Shown in pieces: positions 19,767 to 31,273 of a DNA stretch of 64,000 nucleotides (position 1 is the stretch's first letter; each line of letters opens with the position of its first letter). The notes beneath the pieces are model-generated. The model saw only the letters and a list, made by a program, of their open reading frames with translations. It had not been told where the DNA came from and searched no databases. Position numbers and translations under genes: made by a program. Source of the stretch: Methanocaldococcus sp. 28A (GTDB lineage: Archaea > AGJL01 > Methanococci > Methanococcales > Methanocaldococcaceae); assembly GCA_049852185.1 (NCBI GenBank), contig CP187540.1; one strand, 5' to 3'.

Positions 19767-21726
19767 CTTTTATACCACCTCTAACTTTAACTGCCAATCC
19801 ATAATCAAATTCTTTCAATTCTATGCTATTTAATATAACTGTTCCATAAGCTAAGAGTTCATCATCTTCATTTACTACTAAAACTTCTTCATAAGGTCTT
19901 AGTTCTTCATCACAATCAATAACAAATTTAGCAAATACATTTCTACCTTCTCTTGCAAATTTTTCAGCCTCTTTATTAACAACAACTCTATATCTTGGGA
20001 AAGGAATCTTTTTCCACAATAATTTAGCTCCTTTTTCAGAAGGTATTAAAAAATTGTCGTTACTTCTAATTGAGAATAAAATTTCTCCATTTTCATCTAA
20101 AACCTGCCTTAATCTACCTGTAGTTTTACTCCTAACAACATTTATTTTATCAATTAGCTCATCATCAATTATATCAAAACCATATTGATACTGTAACATC
20201 TTCCTAATCCTTATGGCATCAGTATTGATTTTTTTTGTAGCAGAGAAATAATTTATGTAGTAGTTGTAAGTCATTATATCTAATATATTGTCTTCTCCAA
20301 CTTTTTTCTTTAACCAATCAATAAATTCATCAACAAACCTCTTGTTTATTTCTTTTTCATAATCAAAGAGTTCAGGAATTTCATGTTGGGATAATGGATA
20401 TATTGTATCAACATAATATGGAATAAATCCAAAGACTGGGTCTTTAATTAAAATGTCAATATCTGTTTCAACTACATTTAAATTCTCGTGATATGGCTTA
20501 TCTATAGAGATTGATACGGTTGTTATATAAACTTTATTATATTTTATTCTCTTTAATCTCTTCTTATGTCTCAAAACCTCTGGTCTAAACATTGATTCAA
20601 TGCCACTATAGAAGAAGGCAGATTTTTTAGTTACTGGGTCGAATTTTTCTATATAATCCATATACTTCCTAACAACTCTATAACCCTCTAAAAGTTTTGG
20701 ATGGCATCTACATCTCTCTTCAACCAACTCCCATAAACTCCCCTCTCTTATTGCCTGTTTTATTCTATCTATCTCTTCAAAAGTTACATATAAATTATGT
20801 TCTGCCAATAATCTTTCTCTATCTTTTTTATTTAAACTGCTTAATTCTTTTGGTGTATAAGATGAGCAAACAGGACAGGAACAAGGGAATTCCTTTAAAT
20901 CTTTAATCTCTTCTAAGTGTAAGGTTCCTCTTTCAGTTAAGTATCTATCATCTTTAGCATATAAGGCATAAGCAGCAGAATCAAACAAATCACATCCTAA
21001 AGCAACAGCCAAAGCAAAGAACATTGGATGCCCACAACCAAATAAATGAACTGGCTTGTTTGTAGGTAGATACATCTTTGAGTTTATTATAATTTCAGCA
21101 ACTTCTCTATATCTATATTGTTCCATCAATGGTACAACAGCTCCAATTGGATAGATATCAAAGCCTAACTTTGTCATCTCTTTAGCAGATTTTTGCCTTA
21201 AATCTAAATAGGTTGAACCCTGAACAGTTCCATTTAGTAATAATTTAAATCCTTTCTCTTTTTTTAATTCTATTGATGCCTTAGCCCTCTTTAAAGTTTC
21301 TTCTAATTCTTTCTCAGCTATTTCTCTATCAACATCTGGTGGAGTTGGAATATCTAATATTGTCCCTACATCTACCCCTATCCTTTCTTGAAACTCTATA
21401 ATTTCTAATGGCTCTATCTCTACTTTTCCATAAACACCCAATTGAAAAGAACCACTGTCTGTAACAATTACTTTATCAAAGCCAATTAATTTATGAATCC
21501 CATATTCTTCAGCAATCTCTCTTAAATGTTTTGTTCTATAAGTTATGTATGAGTTTGTAATAATAACATCTGCCAATTTATTTATTAAATCCATTGATAC
21601 AATCTGTTTTTTTGGATTTGGGTGAATAACAGGCATTATTGTAGGAGTTTCAATTTTCTTTTCATTTATGTTTAAGATTCCAATTCTTCCCATTGCATCC
21701 CTGTGTTTTATTTCAAAAGTCATCAT
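19756..21726 (-). CDS. tgtA: Archaeosine tRNA-guanine(15) transglycosylase
   Basis: TDSGSFQ, HLFGCGHP, DLFDSAAY, CSCPVC, C-terminal PUA domain. Confidence 0.96.
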   Translation of the reverse strand: MMTFEIKHRDAMGRIGILNINEKKIETPTIMPVIHPNPKKQIVSMDLINKLADVIITNSYITYRTKHLREIAEEYGIHKLIGFDKVIVTDSGSFQLGVYGKVEIEPLEIIEFQERIGVDVGTILDIPTPPDVDREIAEKELEETLKRAKASIELKKEKGFKLLLNGTVQGSTYLDLRQKSAKEMTKLGFDIYPIGAVVPLMEQYRYREVAEIIINSKMYLPTNKPVHLFGCGHPMFFALAVALGCDLFDSAAYALYAKDDRYLTERGTLHLEEIKDLKEFPCSCPVCSSYTPKELSSLNKKDRERLLAEHNLYVTFEEIDRIKQAIREGSLWELVEERCRCHPKLLEGYRVVRKYMDYIEKFDPVTKKSAFFYSGIESMFRPEVLRHKKRLKRIKYNKVYITTVSISIDKPYHENLNVVETDIDILIKDPVFGFIPYYVDTIYPLSQHEIPELFDYEKEINKRFVDEFIDWLKKKVGEDNILDIMTYNYYINYFSATKKINTDAIRIRKMLQYQYGFDIIDDELIDKINVVRSKTTGRLRQVLDENGEILFSIRSNDNFLIPSEKGAKLLWKKIPFPRYRVVVNKEAEKFAREGRNVFAKFVIDCDEELRPYEEVLVVNEDDELLAYGTVILNSIELKEFDYGLAVKVRGGIKDEI

Positions 21727-21800
21727 TTTATCACAACACTTTAATTTGTTCTGTATATTTTTATTAAAAATTTCAAATTATTGATAATAAAAATTTTAAT

Positions 21801-21911
21801 TATAGTTGTGTGCAAAATAAAATAAACTTTAAAAAGGAAATTTTGAAGGCCTTCCTTATGGAGTATTCTTTAATACATTATTTTATTTAAGATATAGTTC
21901 TGCACACAACT
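21801..21911. repeat. Family A repeat, followed by a family-B right arm (21916-21934)
   Basis: TATAGTTGTGTGCA...TGCACACAACT. Confidence 0.8.
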
Positions 21912-21937
21912 CCATATTCCTGCAAAAAGTCCTATAA

Positions 21938-22177
21938 TTATTCATCTATTCTTTGAGTTCTTCTAACTGTGAAGGCAAATAATGCTGGTAATATAGCTCC
22001 TCCTAAAATTGCCTCTGTTAAAGCAACATCTGGGGCTAACAATGCATAGTATAAATAAGCCATACACAAACCAGCAAAGCCAGATAGTATAATACATTTA
22101 ATTAAATCTTTTTGTAGAAGGGAAGCTAAACTTGATAACAATGTCATTATTATAACTATGTAGTGTATGATTTCCAT
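21938..22177 (-). CDS. DUF4040/MnhB-related small membrane subunit (possible energy-converting hydrogenase subunit)
   Basis: LLAPDVALTEAILG motif, three helices. Confidence 0.8.
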   Translation of the reverse strand: MEIIHYIVIIMTLLSSLASLLQKDLIKCIILSGFAGLCMAYLYYALLAPDVALTEAILGGAILPALFAFTVRRTQRIDE

Positions 22178-22266
22178 TTAGCTCACCTTACAATGTTTAT
22201 CACTAATAATTTTATCACATAACCAATATAAAAAATTCTACATTAAAATAAAAAAGAGGGATTTTT

Positions 22267-23412
22267 ATGGATTACTATGTTACACTATCTCCAGGACTTG
22301 AAAAGATATCAAAAAATGAAATTGTATCTTTTGGAGGAAAAATTAAAGAGATTAGAGAAAATAAAGGCAGAATATTTTTTAGTGGTGATTTAGAACTGAT
22401 TCCTAAGATTAACTACCTTTCAAGAACTATAGAGAGGTTAAATATCTTACTATATAAGGAAGAAATTCCAAACATATCCTTAGATGATATTTATGAGAAA
22501 GTCTATAATATTGATTGGACTAAATGGATTAGAGAAGAGCAGGCTTTTGCCATTCGCCCATTAAGAGCTGGGGAGCATAACTTTACATCAATAGATATTG
22601 GAAGAGTTGCAGGAGAGGCCTTAATAAAATCATATCAAAAAGATAAAAATGTTAGGCTTAAAGTTAATTTAGATGAACCAGATGTTATTGTTAGGGTTGA
22701 AGTTATATTTGATGAGCTAATTATTGGAATTGATACAACGGGAGATACAGCGTTAGATAAGAGAGGATATAGAATCTTCAACCACCCAGCACATTTGAAT
22801 GCCACTATAGCAGCATCATTAATTTATTTAAGTGATTGGAAAGATGATGAGATGTTATTAGACCCAATGTGTGGAAGTGGAACTATCCCAATAGAAGGGG
22901 CTTTAATAAAAAGAAATATCCCTCCAGGAAAGTTTAGAGAGGAAAAATATGGGTTTAAGTTTGTTGATATTTTTGGTTATGAGCTTTTAAATAAAATAAA
23001 AAAAGAGATTGTTGAGAATAAAAATAACTATAAGATAATTGGATTGGATAAAAATCAAAAATATTTAGATGGAGCTAAAGAAAATGCCAAAAACGCTGAG
23101 GTTTTGGATACAATTGATTTTATTTGTGGGAATGCTACAAAACTGCATGAGAAATTTAATGATATTGATGTTATTATAGCAAATCCACCTTATGGTATAA
23201 GAATGGGAAATAAAAGAATGATTAAAAATTTATACAATGAATTTTTATTATCATCAAAAAAAGTTATGCATGGTTCTTCCAGGTTAATAGTTATAACTGC
23301 AGAAAATAAGAGTTTTAAAGAGGCAGTTTTTAAAAATAATTTAGAAATTAAAGAGGAGTTTGAAGTTATGTTTGGAGGATTATTGACAAGGGTTTTTTAT
23401 ATCACAGTATAA
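22267..23412 (+). CDS. trm14: tRNA (guanine(6)-N2)-methyltransferase
   Basis: THUMP domain plus DPMCGSGTI and NPPYG. Confidence 0.88.
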   Translation: MDYYVTLSPGLEKISKNEIVSFGGKIKEIRENKGRIFFSGDLELIPKINYLSRTIERLNILLYKEEIPNISLDDIYEKVYNIDWTKWIREEQAFAIRPLRAGEHNFTSIDIGRVAGEALIKSYQKDKNVRLKVNLDEPDVIVRVEVIFDELIIGIDTTGDTALDKRGYRIFNHPAHLNATIAASLIYLSDWKDDEMLLDPMCGSGTIPIEGALIKRNIPPGKFREEKYGFKFVDIFGYELLNKIKKEIVENKNNYKIIGLDKNQKYLDGAKENAKNAEVLDTIDFICGNATKLHEKFNDIDVIIANPPYGIRMGNKRMIKNLYNEFLLSSKKVMHGSSRLIVITAENKSFKEAVFKNNLEIKEEFEVMFGGLLTRVFYITV

Positions 23413-23424
23413 AGAGGGAAATTT

Positions 23425-24240
23425 ATGTTCCAAGGTATAAAAGATGATATTTATAATTTTATTTATAAGTATTATATTGAACCAGCTGAGAAAGGAACTG
23501 GCTACAACTTAATCCAAGAAATAACTTATGGAATTATCTTAGCATTGGCTTTGTATTTATTTTATAAAGCTCTAAGAAAGCTAAATATAAATATTGATGA
23601 AAAATTTGCAATTCCTGGGATTGTTTTTACTGTTTTAATTGCCTTGATAAGAGCTTTAGTTGATTGTGGATATATAGAAAGGACTTTTTTAACAATAACT
23701 CCAGGAATTGTATTTCTAATTGGTGGATTTTTTATATTGACTATTTTAACTACTGGATTGATATTTAAAGAAAATTATTATAAAGTATCTGCAATTGTAG
23801 GATTGATTCCATTGTTATACTTTTTTATTATATTTTTACAGCATGTAGTTCATTTAGAAGCAATATTATATGTTATAATTTTGGTAGGGGTATTTTATTA
23901 TTTAATTAAATTTTTAGATAAAAAATTAAACTTGAATATTTTAACATCAAAAATTGACCATTATGTTATAATAGGGCAGTTAATTGACGCATCAGCCACA
24001 ACTGTTGGAATTGGTATTTATGGTTATTGGGAACAACATCCAATCCCAAGATTGTTAATGGAAACTTTTGGAGTTTATTCTTTCATCCCTTTTAAACTTT
24101 TAGTAGTTTTATTGGCCCTCTATATTTTAAATAGAGAAGTTGAAGATAAAAATATAAAAAATATTATAAAGCTCTGCATAATGGCTCTTGGATTAGCTCC
24201 AGGACTTAGAGATTTATTTAGAACGGTTATGGGCGTATAA
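23425..24240 (+). CDS. DUF63-family membrane protein
   Basis: GYN...ITYG, TPG, DASAT..GI...[15 protein letters not shown]. Confidence 0.8.
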   Translation: MFQGIKDDIYNFIYKYYIEPAEKGTGYNLIQEITYGIILALALYLFYKALRKLNINIDEKFAIPGIVFTVLIALIRALVDCGYIERTFLTITPGIVFLIGGFFILTILTTGLIFKENYYKVSAIVGLIPLLYFFIIFLQHVVHLEAILYVIILVGVFYYLIKFLDKKLNLNILTSKIDHYVIIGQLIDASATTVGIGIYGYWEQHPIPRLLMETFGVYSFIPFKLLVVLLALYILNREVEDKNIKNIIKLCIMALGLAPGLRDLFRTVMGV

Positions 24241-24268
24241 GACTTAATTTAAATTTTTTGGTGATTAA

Positions 24269-25054
24269 ATGAAATTTATAATTTTTTTACCCCTGCTTAT
24301 ATCTGTTGGATTTATTATAGGAATATTAGGAAGTTTACTTGGGATTGGCGGGGGATTTTTAGTAGCTCCAATTTTAACATTTATTTTTGATTATTTTGGC
24401 ATTCCAAATGGAATAAAATTTGCTATAGGAACGTCATTATTTGTTGTATTTATAAACTCAATAATATCAATATTTAGACATGCAAAAATTAAAAATATAA
24501 ATTGGAAGGCATCAATAATAATTGGAACTATTAGCTTAATTTTTTCATACTTTAGTGGGTTTTTAGTAGTTAATTATATTGACTCTTATATTTTAAAAAA
24601 GATATTCGGGATTTTTTTAATATCAACTGCAGTATATTTAACAAAATCGCATCATATTGACAAAATTTCTGAGAGGGACGATAACTTAGCTCATTTTGTT
24701 TTTTGTGGAATTATTACTGGTTTCTTATCAGGTTTATTTGGTATTGGTGGTGGGATAGTTATAATTCCAATTTTAGCAATGGCAAAATATCCTGTAAAAA
24801 GAGCTGTTGCAATCTCTGTAGGTGTGATTCCTTTAACTTCAGTTGGTGGGCTTGTCTCATATTTAATGGCTGATACAAAAAGCTATATTTACAATATTGG
24901 ATATGTATCAATTCCAATAGCTCTAATTATAGCAATTCCAATAATATATTCTTCAAAATTGGGCATAATGATAAATCAGAAAATTTCTCCAAAATATCTA
25001 AGAATTATACTTAGTGCCATATTAGGAATAATGGGATTGGTTATGCTTTATTAG
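24269..25054 (+). CDS. TauE/SafE (TSUP) family exporter
   Basis: Duplicated G(I)GGG motifs, AIGTSL. Confidence 0.85.
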   Translation: MKFIIFLPLLISVGFIIGILGSLLGIGGGFLVAPILTFIFDYFGIPNGIKFAIGTSLFVVFINSIISIFRHAKIKNINWKASIIIGTISLIFSYFSGFLVVNYIDSYILKKIFGIFLISTAVYLTKSHHIDKISERDDNLAHFVFCGIITGFLSGLFGIGGGIVIIPILAMAKYPVKRAVAISVGVIPLTSVGGLVSYLMADTKSYIYNIGYVSIPIALIIAIPIIYSSKLGIMINQKISPKYLRIILSAILGIMGLVMLY

Positions 25055-25064
25055 GACTTTTATA

Positions 25065-25178
25065 TATAGTTGTGTGCAAAACTATCTTAAATAAAATAAG
25101 GAATTAGTGAATGCCTTCCATAAGGAAGGCATTCAAATTGTCCTTATAAAAGTTTATTTTATTTTGCACACAACTATA
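25065..25178. repeat. Family A repeat nested inside a family-B element (25052-25225)
   Basis: Perfect TIRs, opposite orientation to the 5447 copy. Confidence 0.85.
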
Positions 25179-25222
25179 ATTTGGAATTTTGACTCCTTTA
25201 GGTATTTATATTCAATAACGTC

Positions 25223-25879
25223 CTATTTAACACTCTTCTCAATAAACTCTAAAACCTTATCAAATCCTTCCATTGTCTTTAAACTTAATAAAACAACTTC
25301 TGCTTCAGGATTTATTTTTTTAGCATCGTTTTTCATTTTATTTATGTTAGCTCCAACCGCCTCTGCCAAATCAATCTTATTGATTATTATTAAATCAGCT
25401 GTTTTCATAATTCCAGGATGTTTTTCTATTGTATCATCTCCTTCAGTTGTTGATACTACAACAATTCTTTTATGAGTCCCCAAATCAAAATCAGCTGGAC
25501 AGATTAAATTTCCAACGTTCTCTATAAATAATAAATCAATTTCTTCTAAGTTTAAATCCTCTAAGGCATGTCCTACTAAATGAGCATCTAAGTGGCATTC
25601 TTTACCTGTATTTAAAGGAACAACTTTAACCCCATGCTTTTCCATTCTTTCAGCGTCAAATTTTGCTATAACATCTCCAGCAATACATGCAATTCTATAT
25701 CTATCTTTTAAATTATCAATTAATTTTTCAATTAATAAGGTTTTTCCGCTACCAATAGCTCCCATAAAGTCAAATGCAACAACACCATGTTTATCTAATA
25801 GTTTTCTATTTTTATCAGCCAATCTTTTATTTGCCTTTAATATATCTTTGGCAATGTCTAAAATCCCTACAATGTGCAT
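25223..25879 (-). CDS. hypB: Hydrogenase nickel-incorporation GTPase
   Basis: GAIGSGKT, ECHLDAH, ENVGNLICP, INKID. Confidence 0.97.
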   Translation of the reverse strand: MHIVGILDIAKDILKANKRLADKNRKLLDKHGVVAFDFMGAIGSGKTLLIEKLIDNLKDRYRIACIAGDVIAKFDAERMEKHGVKVVPLNTGKECHLDAHLVGHALEDLNLEEIDLLFIENVGNLICPADFDLGTHKRIVVVSTTEGDDTIEKHPGIMKTADLIIINKIDLAEAVGANINKMKNDAKKINPEAEVVLLSLKTMEGFDKVLEFIEKSVK

Positions 25880-25896
25880 ATTATCACCAAAAAATT

Positions 25897-26547
25897 TTAT
25901 TCTTCTTCATCTTCTTCAACATCATCATAATTTGGATTCATCTTTTCATATAACTCATCAACTTCACTTTTCTTCTTCCATAACTCAAATTTAGTCCTTT
26001 TAATTTTTTGTCTCTCCCTTTCTAAAAACTTAAAAGTTTTTGCATGTGAAGCACCTCTTAAAAGCATTTCAACAGCCTCCTTAGCTATTTGAACTGGTTC
26101 ATGCTCTCCAACTATTGCAACTGTTTTTCCATAAACAGATACATTTGCTCCTGTTAGCTCCTCTATATACCTCCTTGACTTTCCTTCTTTACCAATTACT
26201 CTTCCTTTTAATCTTCTTACACCATTTTCAGAGCTTGTATAGTCTTCAATATCAATAACTTCTAAAATATATTCATCACTAACTAATTTTAGAGCAATTT
26301 CTGGATTAAACCCTCTGCCAATAGCTTTAACTATATCTTTCGCTTTCCAAACGGCTAAAGGGTCGTTCTGCTTATCAGTTCCATAAATGGTTACAGTTCC
26401 GTCTTCATCTATCTCTAACTTAACTCCCAACTCTTTTTCAATGGTTTTTTTAACATTTCCTTTTTTTCCTATTAAAACTCCAACTCTTTCTCTTGGAATT
26501 TTTAAAATCTCAATATTTTTATCTTGTCCAATATTTCCAAACACCAT
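25897..26547 (-). CDS. KH-domain rRNA processing protein (Dim2/Pno1/Krr1 family)
   Basis: Two KH GxxG loops, AIGRGF, RVIGKEG; ATG at 26547. Confidence 0.9.
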   Translation of the reverse strand: MVFGNIGQDKNIEILKIPRERVGVLIGKKGNVKKTIEKELGVKLEIDEDGTVTIYGTDKQNDPLAVWKAKDIVKAIGRGFNPEIALKLVSDEYILEVIDIEDYTSSENGVRRLKGRVIGKEGKSRRYIEELTGANVSVYGKTVAIVGEHEPVQIAKEAVEMLLRGASHAKTFKFLERERQKIKRTKFELWKKKSEVDELYEKMNPNYDDVEEDEEE

Positions 26548-26622
26548 TTTTATCACCAAAAAATAAAAATTAAGATTTAAAATTAAATAGGACATTTGTA
26601 GGAATAAAGAGAAATTCTTAAT

Positions 26623-27480
26623 TTACAATTGCTTAATCATCGCCTCGTCAATTGGGTCAATCTCTTTTCCAGTTATATATTTATATAACTCCTTATAATT
26701 ACAATCTACTCTCTTTCTTCTAAAGAAATTGCATATATTTATGCAATCCCTAATTAATAGTGGATGAGCTAAGGGATGTTGAGTTATAACACTCTGAGAA
26801 AAATCTATAAATACAGGTTCATCATCTTTAACTAATATGTTGTATTCACTTAAATCTCCATGAACCAATTCTCCCTCTTCATAAAGCTTTTTCATACTCT
26901 CTTTTATGATTTTAAAATATCTCTCCCAATCTAAATCTTGTATATCTTTTAATTTAGGAGCAGGAATTCCCCTATAACCAACAAAATCCATAACTAATAC
27001 GTTTTCTCTCCTTAATCTTGCTTTTGGGGCATTGATAATTTCAGAAGCCCTTCTTAAATTTCTAAATTCTTTTTCAACCCATGCGTGGATTATCTGCCTT
27101 CTACTGCTCTTTCTTAAATGAAATCTTGGGTCTCCTTGTATGTATTTGCTCATTGTTTTAAAATCGCATGTAGCAACTCTATAAACTTTAACAGCTCTGT
27201 AAAACTTTCCTTTTCGTGCTTTAAATACAACTGCCTCTTTTCCAGAATTAACTATCCCTATATATTCCGTTAAATGCTTTCCAGCTAATAAACTAAATAG
27301 AGTCATTAAAGTTCTTTTATCAAAAACTTCATTAGCAGTCTTTAAATCTTCTAAAAACTTCTTTTCTTTTTCTAAAATTTCTTTTTGGTATTCTTTATCC
27401 AATTGAAATTCTTCCTTTTCAGTTAATAATTTATTTAATTCATAGAGTTCTTCATCAATGTTTTTAGCTATATCCATCAC
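26623..27480 (-). CDS. rio1: RIO1 serine/threonine kinase
   Basis: SGKEAVVF, KEFRNL, VHGDLSEYN, IDFSQ. Confidence 0.93.
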   Translation of the reverse strand: MMDIAKNIDEELYELNKLLTEKEEFQLDKEYQKEILEKEKKFLEDLKTANEVFDKRTLMTLFSLLAGKHLTEYIGIVNSGKEAVVFKARKGKFYRAVKVYRVATCDFKTMSKYIQGDPRFHLRKSSRRQIIHAWVEKEFRNLRRASEIINAPKARLRRENVLVMDFVGYRGIPAPKLKDIQDLDWERYFKIIKESMKKLYEEGELVHGDLSEYNILVKDDEPVFIDFSQSVITQHPLAHPLLIRDCINICNFFRRKRVDCNYKELYKYITGKEIDPIDEAMIKQL

Positions 27481-27482
27481 CT

Positions 27483-27788
27483 TTATAACAACTCATCTAA
27501 GTAACCTTTTCTTTTAAGCCATTCAACTTGTGTTTTTGTGTATCTCCAAATGATATCACACTTCTGGTCTCCTTGAACTTCCCATGGTTTTACAATAACG
27601 ATATCTCCCTCTCTAACCCAAATTCTATTCTTTAATCTTCCTGGAATTCTTCCTAATCTTGTTTTTCCATCTAAACATCTAACTCTAACTCTACTAGCCC
27701 CTAACATTTGCTCTATAATACCTAAAATCTCATTTTCTTCTTTTTTTGGAATTCTTACTCTAATTTGCTGTTCTTGTTGTTCTGTCAT
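27483..27788 (-). CDS. eif1a: Translation initiation factor aIF-1A
   Basis: [21 protein letters not shown]...WVREGD; conserved aIF1A-rio1-KH cluster. Confidence 0.95.
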   Translation of the reverse strand: MTEQQEQQIRVRIPKKEENEILGIIEQMLGASRVRVRCLDGKTRLGRIPGRLKNRIWVREGDIVIVKPWEVQGDQKCDIIWRYTKTQVEWLKRKGYLDELL

Positions 27789-27945
27789 TAGTATCACCTT
27801 TTTACTTTTTTGTGTTTTGATGTTAATAGTTTTATGAGATTTTATTAAAAATGAGTGTTTCAAAAACATAAATTTTTGTGTTATTAAAGTATTTATTTTA
27901 TATATTGCTCTCTGTATATATATATTTGTTCATAGTTTATTTAAA

Positions 27946-27993
27946 TATGACTTCCGCAGTTTATTATAGACATTTACTCCTGCAAAAGTCCTA
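27946..27993. repeat. Family B (internally deleted)
   Basis: TATGACTTCCGCAG...CTGCAAAAGTCCTA. Confidence 0.65.
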
Positions 27994-28022
27994 TTAATTT
28001 TCTTTATTGAAGGTGAGATAAA

Positions 28023-29099
28023 ATGATAAGTAGAGAAGAGGCTATTAACTTCCTTAATTCTACATCCTCCAAGAATATATTGGATAAATTAACTCAAATT
28101 AACAATTTATTTAAGAGGGAATATATAACTTACTCAAAAAACGTCTTCATTCCACTATCAAAGTGGTGCAGAAATAAATGTGGATACTGCATTTTTAGAG
28201 AAGATAAACCAAGTTTAATGAAACCAAATGAAGTTAAAGAAATCTTATTAAGAGGAGATAAGTTAGGTTGTAGAGAGGCTTTATTTACATTTGGGGAACA
28301 TGTGGATGAAAATAAAGAGATTAAAGAGCAGTTAAAATCTATGGGTTATGATAATATATTAGAATATCTCTACGATTTAGAGGAATGGACTTTAAATAAT
28401 ACTTCTTTATTACCTCATACAAATTGTGGAATCTTAAATTATGATGAGTTAAAGATGCTTAAGGAAGTTAATGCATCTATGGGTTTGATGTTAGAAAATG
28501 CTTCAGAAAGATTAATGAATACAGTAGCACACAAACACAGCCCTGGAAAGCATCCAAAGTTAAGGATAGAGATGATTGAAAATGCTGGAAAGTTAAAAAT
28601 TCCATTTACAACTGGTTTGTTAATTGGTATTGGAGAAACTAACGAGGAAATTGTTGATTCCCTCTTTAAAATAAAAGAAATCCATGAAAAGTATAAACAT
28701 ATTCAAGAAGTTATAATTCAAAACTTTAGAGCTAAGAAAGGCATACCTATGGAAAATTATAAAGAACCTTCTCCTATAAAAATGTTAAAAGTCATTATTT
28801 TAGCAAAGTTGATTTTAAAAGATATTTCCATCCAAATTCCTCCAAATTTAAATAGAGAAACAGGACAGTTATTTTTATTGGCAGGAGTTGATGATTGGGG
28901 TGGAGTTTCTCCACTAACAAAGGATTATGTTAATCCAGAGGCTGAGTGGCCAGAGATAGGAGAGTTGAGAGATTGGACTGAAGAATTAGGGTTTAAGTTA
29001 AAGATGAGACTCCCAGTCTATGATAAATATATAACTGAGGAATGGTTAAGTGAGAAAGTTTATAATAAGATTATTGAAATTGGATGGTTAAAGGAATAG
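28023..29099 (+). CDS. cofG: FO synthase subunit 1 (radical SAM)
   Basis: [35 protein letters not shown]. Confidence 0.95.
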   Translation: MISREEAINFLNSTSSKNILDKLTQINNLFKREYITYSKNVFIPLSKWCRNKCGYCIFREDKPSLMKPNEVKEILLRGDKLGCREALFTFGEHVDENKEIKEQLKSMGYDNILEYLYDLEEWTLNNTSLLPHTNCGILNYDELKMLKEVNASMGLMLENASERLMNTVAHKHSPGKHPKLRIEMIENAGKLKIPFTTGLLIGIGETNEEIVDSLFKIKEIHEKYKHIQEVIIQNFRAKKGIPMENYKEPSPIKMLKVIILAKLILKDISIQIPPNLNRETGQLFLLAGVDDWGGVSPLTKDYVNPEAEWPEIGELRDWTEELGFKLKMRLPVYDKYITEEWLSEKVYNKIIEIGWLKE

Positions 29100-29556
29100 C
29101 GTTCTCGATTATAGATAATTGCTTTTTTAAAATATCTTCATATCTATTTTTTAATATTTGTAGAGCTTTATAAGTTGATTTTCCATCTAAATACATAACT
29201 TCCTCTTTTCCTCTTTCCATATATTTAACATAAGCCATGTTTTCATCAAAACTTATAGTTAAAGATATAAACTTATTTGAACTTAAAATGTCTTTTAACA
29301 TCTCTTCATAGACATTATTACCACAAAATAAATTTAACTTAGCAATTTCATTTATATCCTCATCTTCAATAAGTTTTTTTATCTTTTCATACTCAGTAAT
29401 ACACAGCTCTAAATTATCCACCAACTCTTTAAAACTTTCAGCTCTTTCAATTAAACAAATTAATTTAATTTCAATTTTTCCTTTTCCTTTCCATCTCCAC
29501 TCTCTATTTTTCCAATCTTTAATTTTTTCTTTAAGTTCTTTGAGATTTATATCCAT
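29071..29556 (-). CDS. Hypothetical protein
   Basis: ORF with GGTGA SD before ATG 29556. Confidence 0.7.
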   Translation of the reverse strand: MDINLKELKEKIKDWKNREWRWKGKGKIEIKLICLIERAESFKELVDNLELCITEYEKIKKLIEDEDINEIAKLNLFCGNNVYEEMLKDILSSNKFISLTISFDENMAYVKYMERGKEEVMYLDGKSTYKALQILKNRYEDILKKQLSIIENAIPLTIQFQ

Positions 29557-29635
29557 AATTTCACCAAAAAACCATAAAGTATTTATCCACATAAGTGGGA
29601 AATTATATCCTAATAAAATATTTTTAGGTGGAAAT

Positions 29636-30406
29636 ATGATTAAAATATTGGTTGATAACATAGCCTATAAAAAATTTTTTGCTCAACATGGATTTTCAGC
29701 TTTAGTAGAAGTTAATAATAAAAGAATTTTATTTGATGCAGGTCAAAACCCAATAACTCTGAGAGAAAACTTAAAATTGTTTAATGAAAAGGAAGGATTT
29801 GACTATATAGTTTTATCTCATGGACATTACGACCACTGCGATGGACTAAAATATGTCATAGAGAATGATTTAATTAATGGGAAGGTTATAGCTCACAAAG
29901 ATGCATTCTTAGATAAATACTCTGGCAATAGATATATTGGTATAGATAAAGAAATAAAGGATTATTTACTAAAAAAAGCTGATTTAAATATTATTGAAAA
30001 GCCTTATAGGATAGATAAAGATATTATTGTCTCAGGTTATATCAAAAGAGAACATGAATATGAAATGGAAGAATTTCAGTGTATTAAAGATGGGAAGAAA
30101 GTAAAAGATAATATAAACGATGATATGTTTTTAATAGCAAAAGGAATTTTGATAACAGGCTGTTCTCACAGTGGGATTATTAATGTAATTGAATATGGAA
30201 AAAAGTTAAGTGAAATTAGGGGAGTTTTAGGGGGTTTTCATTTAGTTAATGTGTCAGATAGCTATTTAAATAAAGTTGTTAATTATTTCAAATCCCAAAA
30301 ATTCTGGTTTATGCCTATGCATTGTACTGGATTTAAAGCTTTAACAAAATTATCTCAATTAAATAACTTTGTTTATGGACATGTTGGTAAAATCATTGAG
30401 ATTTAG
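29636..30406 (+). CDS. MBL-fold metallohydrolase
   Basis: HGFS, FDAG, SHGHYDH, GCSHSG, GGFH, MHCTG. Confidence 0.88.
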   Translation: MIKILVDNIAYKKFFAQHGFSALVEVNNKRILFDAGQNPITLRENLKLFNEKEGFDYIVLSHGHYDHCDGLKYVIENDLINGKVIAHKDAFLDKYSGNRYIGIDKEIKDYLLKKADLNIIEKPYRIDKDIIVSGYIKREHEYEMEEFQCIKDGKKVKDNINDDMFLIAKGILITGCSHSGIINVIEYGKKLSEIRGVLGGFHLVNVSDSYLNKVVNYFKSQKFWFMPMHCTGFKALTKLSQLNNFVYGHVGKIIEI

Positions 30407-30415
30407 GGGTTAATT

Positions 30416-31267
30416 ATGAGAGATGTTGAAAAGCCATTGATTTTGAGTATTATTGGAAATCTTCTTTTAGGAGTAATAAAAATAATAGTGGGATATATTT
30501 ATTCAAGTATATCTTTAATTTCTGATGGGATACATTCGTTATCTGATGTTATAACAAGTGTTATAGGAATTATTGGTGTAAAAATAGCATCAAAGCCAGC
30601 TGATGAGTCTCATCCTTTTGGTCATTCAAGATTTGAATGCATATTCTCTTTTTTTATTGGTTTAGCTTTATTTTTTACAGCTTATGAAATTGGGAAATTT
30701 GCAGTAGAAAGAATTATTTATGGGAAAGTAATTGAGGTAAATACTATAATGATTGTAGTAGCTATTTTATCAATAATTGTTAATGAGTTAATGACTCAAT
30801 ACACTTTATTTGTTGGAAAAAAACTAAATAACCAAATTTTAATAGCAGATGCCTATCATCATAGAAGTGACGCTTTAAGTAGTATTGTAGTTTTAATTGG
30901 ATTGTTATTGCAAAAATTTGGAATCTGTTATGGAGATGCTATAGCTGGGATAATAGTAGCTTTTATGATAGCAAAAGTAGCTTATGATATATGTCTAACG
31001 AATATTCACTATCTAACTGGAAGAGCTCCATCTAAAGAGGTTTTTGAGGTTATTAAAAAAGAAGCTTTGAAGGTGGATAAAGTTATTGGAGTGCATGATA
31101 TAAAAGCTCATTATGTGGGACCAAAACTTCATGTTGAGTTACATGTAGAACTTCCTTCAAACATTTCAGCAAAAGAGATGCATGATATTGAGGTAGAGGT
31201 TAAAAATAGATTAGAAAGCTTAGATAATATTGAGAAAGCTTATGTTCATGTGGATATTGTTGATTAA
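30416..31267 (+). CDS. Cation diffusion facilitator (FieF-like)
   Basis: SDGIHSLSD, HPFGH.RFE, ADAYHHRSD. Confidence 0.92.
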   Translation: MRDVEKPLILSIIGNLLLGVIKIIVGYIYSSISLISDGIHSLSDVITSVIGIIGVKIASKPADESHPFGHSRFECIFSFFIGLALFFTAYEIGKFAVERIIYGKVIEVNTIMIVVAILSIIVNELMTQYTLFVGKKLNNQILIADAYHHRSDALSSIVVLIGLLLQKFGICYGDAIAGIIVAFMIAKVAYDICLTNIHYLTGRAPSKEVFEVIKKEALKVDKVIGVHDIKAHYVGPKLHVELHVELPSNISAKEMHDIEVEVKNRLESLDNIEKAYVHVDIVD

Positions 31268-31273
31268 TTTTAA

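Noticed and set aside
25107-25475. 122-aa plus-strand ORF and the similar 53640-53825 ORF (shared KVYFILHTTII)
   Set aside because: The shared peptide is the family-A repeat read in frame; the rest is antisense to hypB or lies in repeat DNA.
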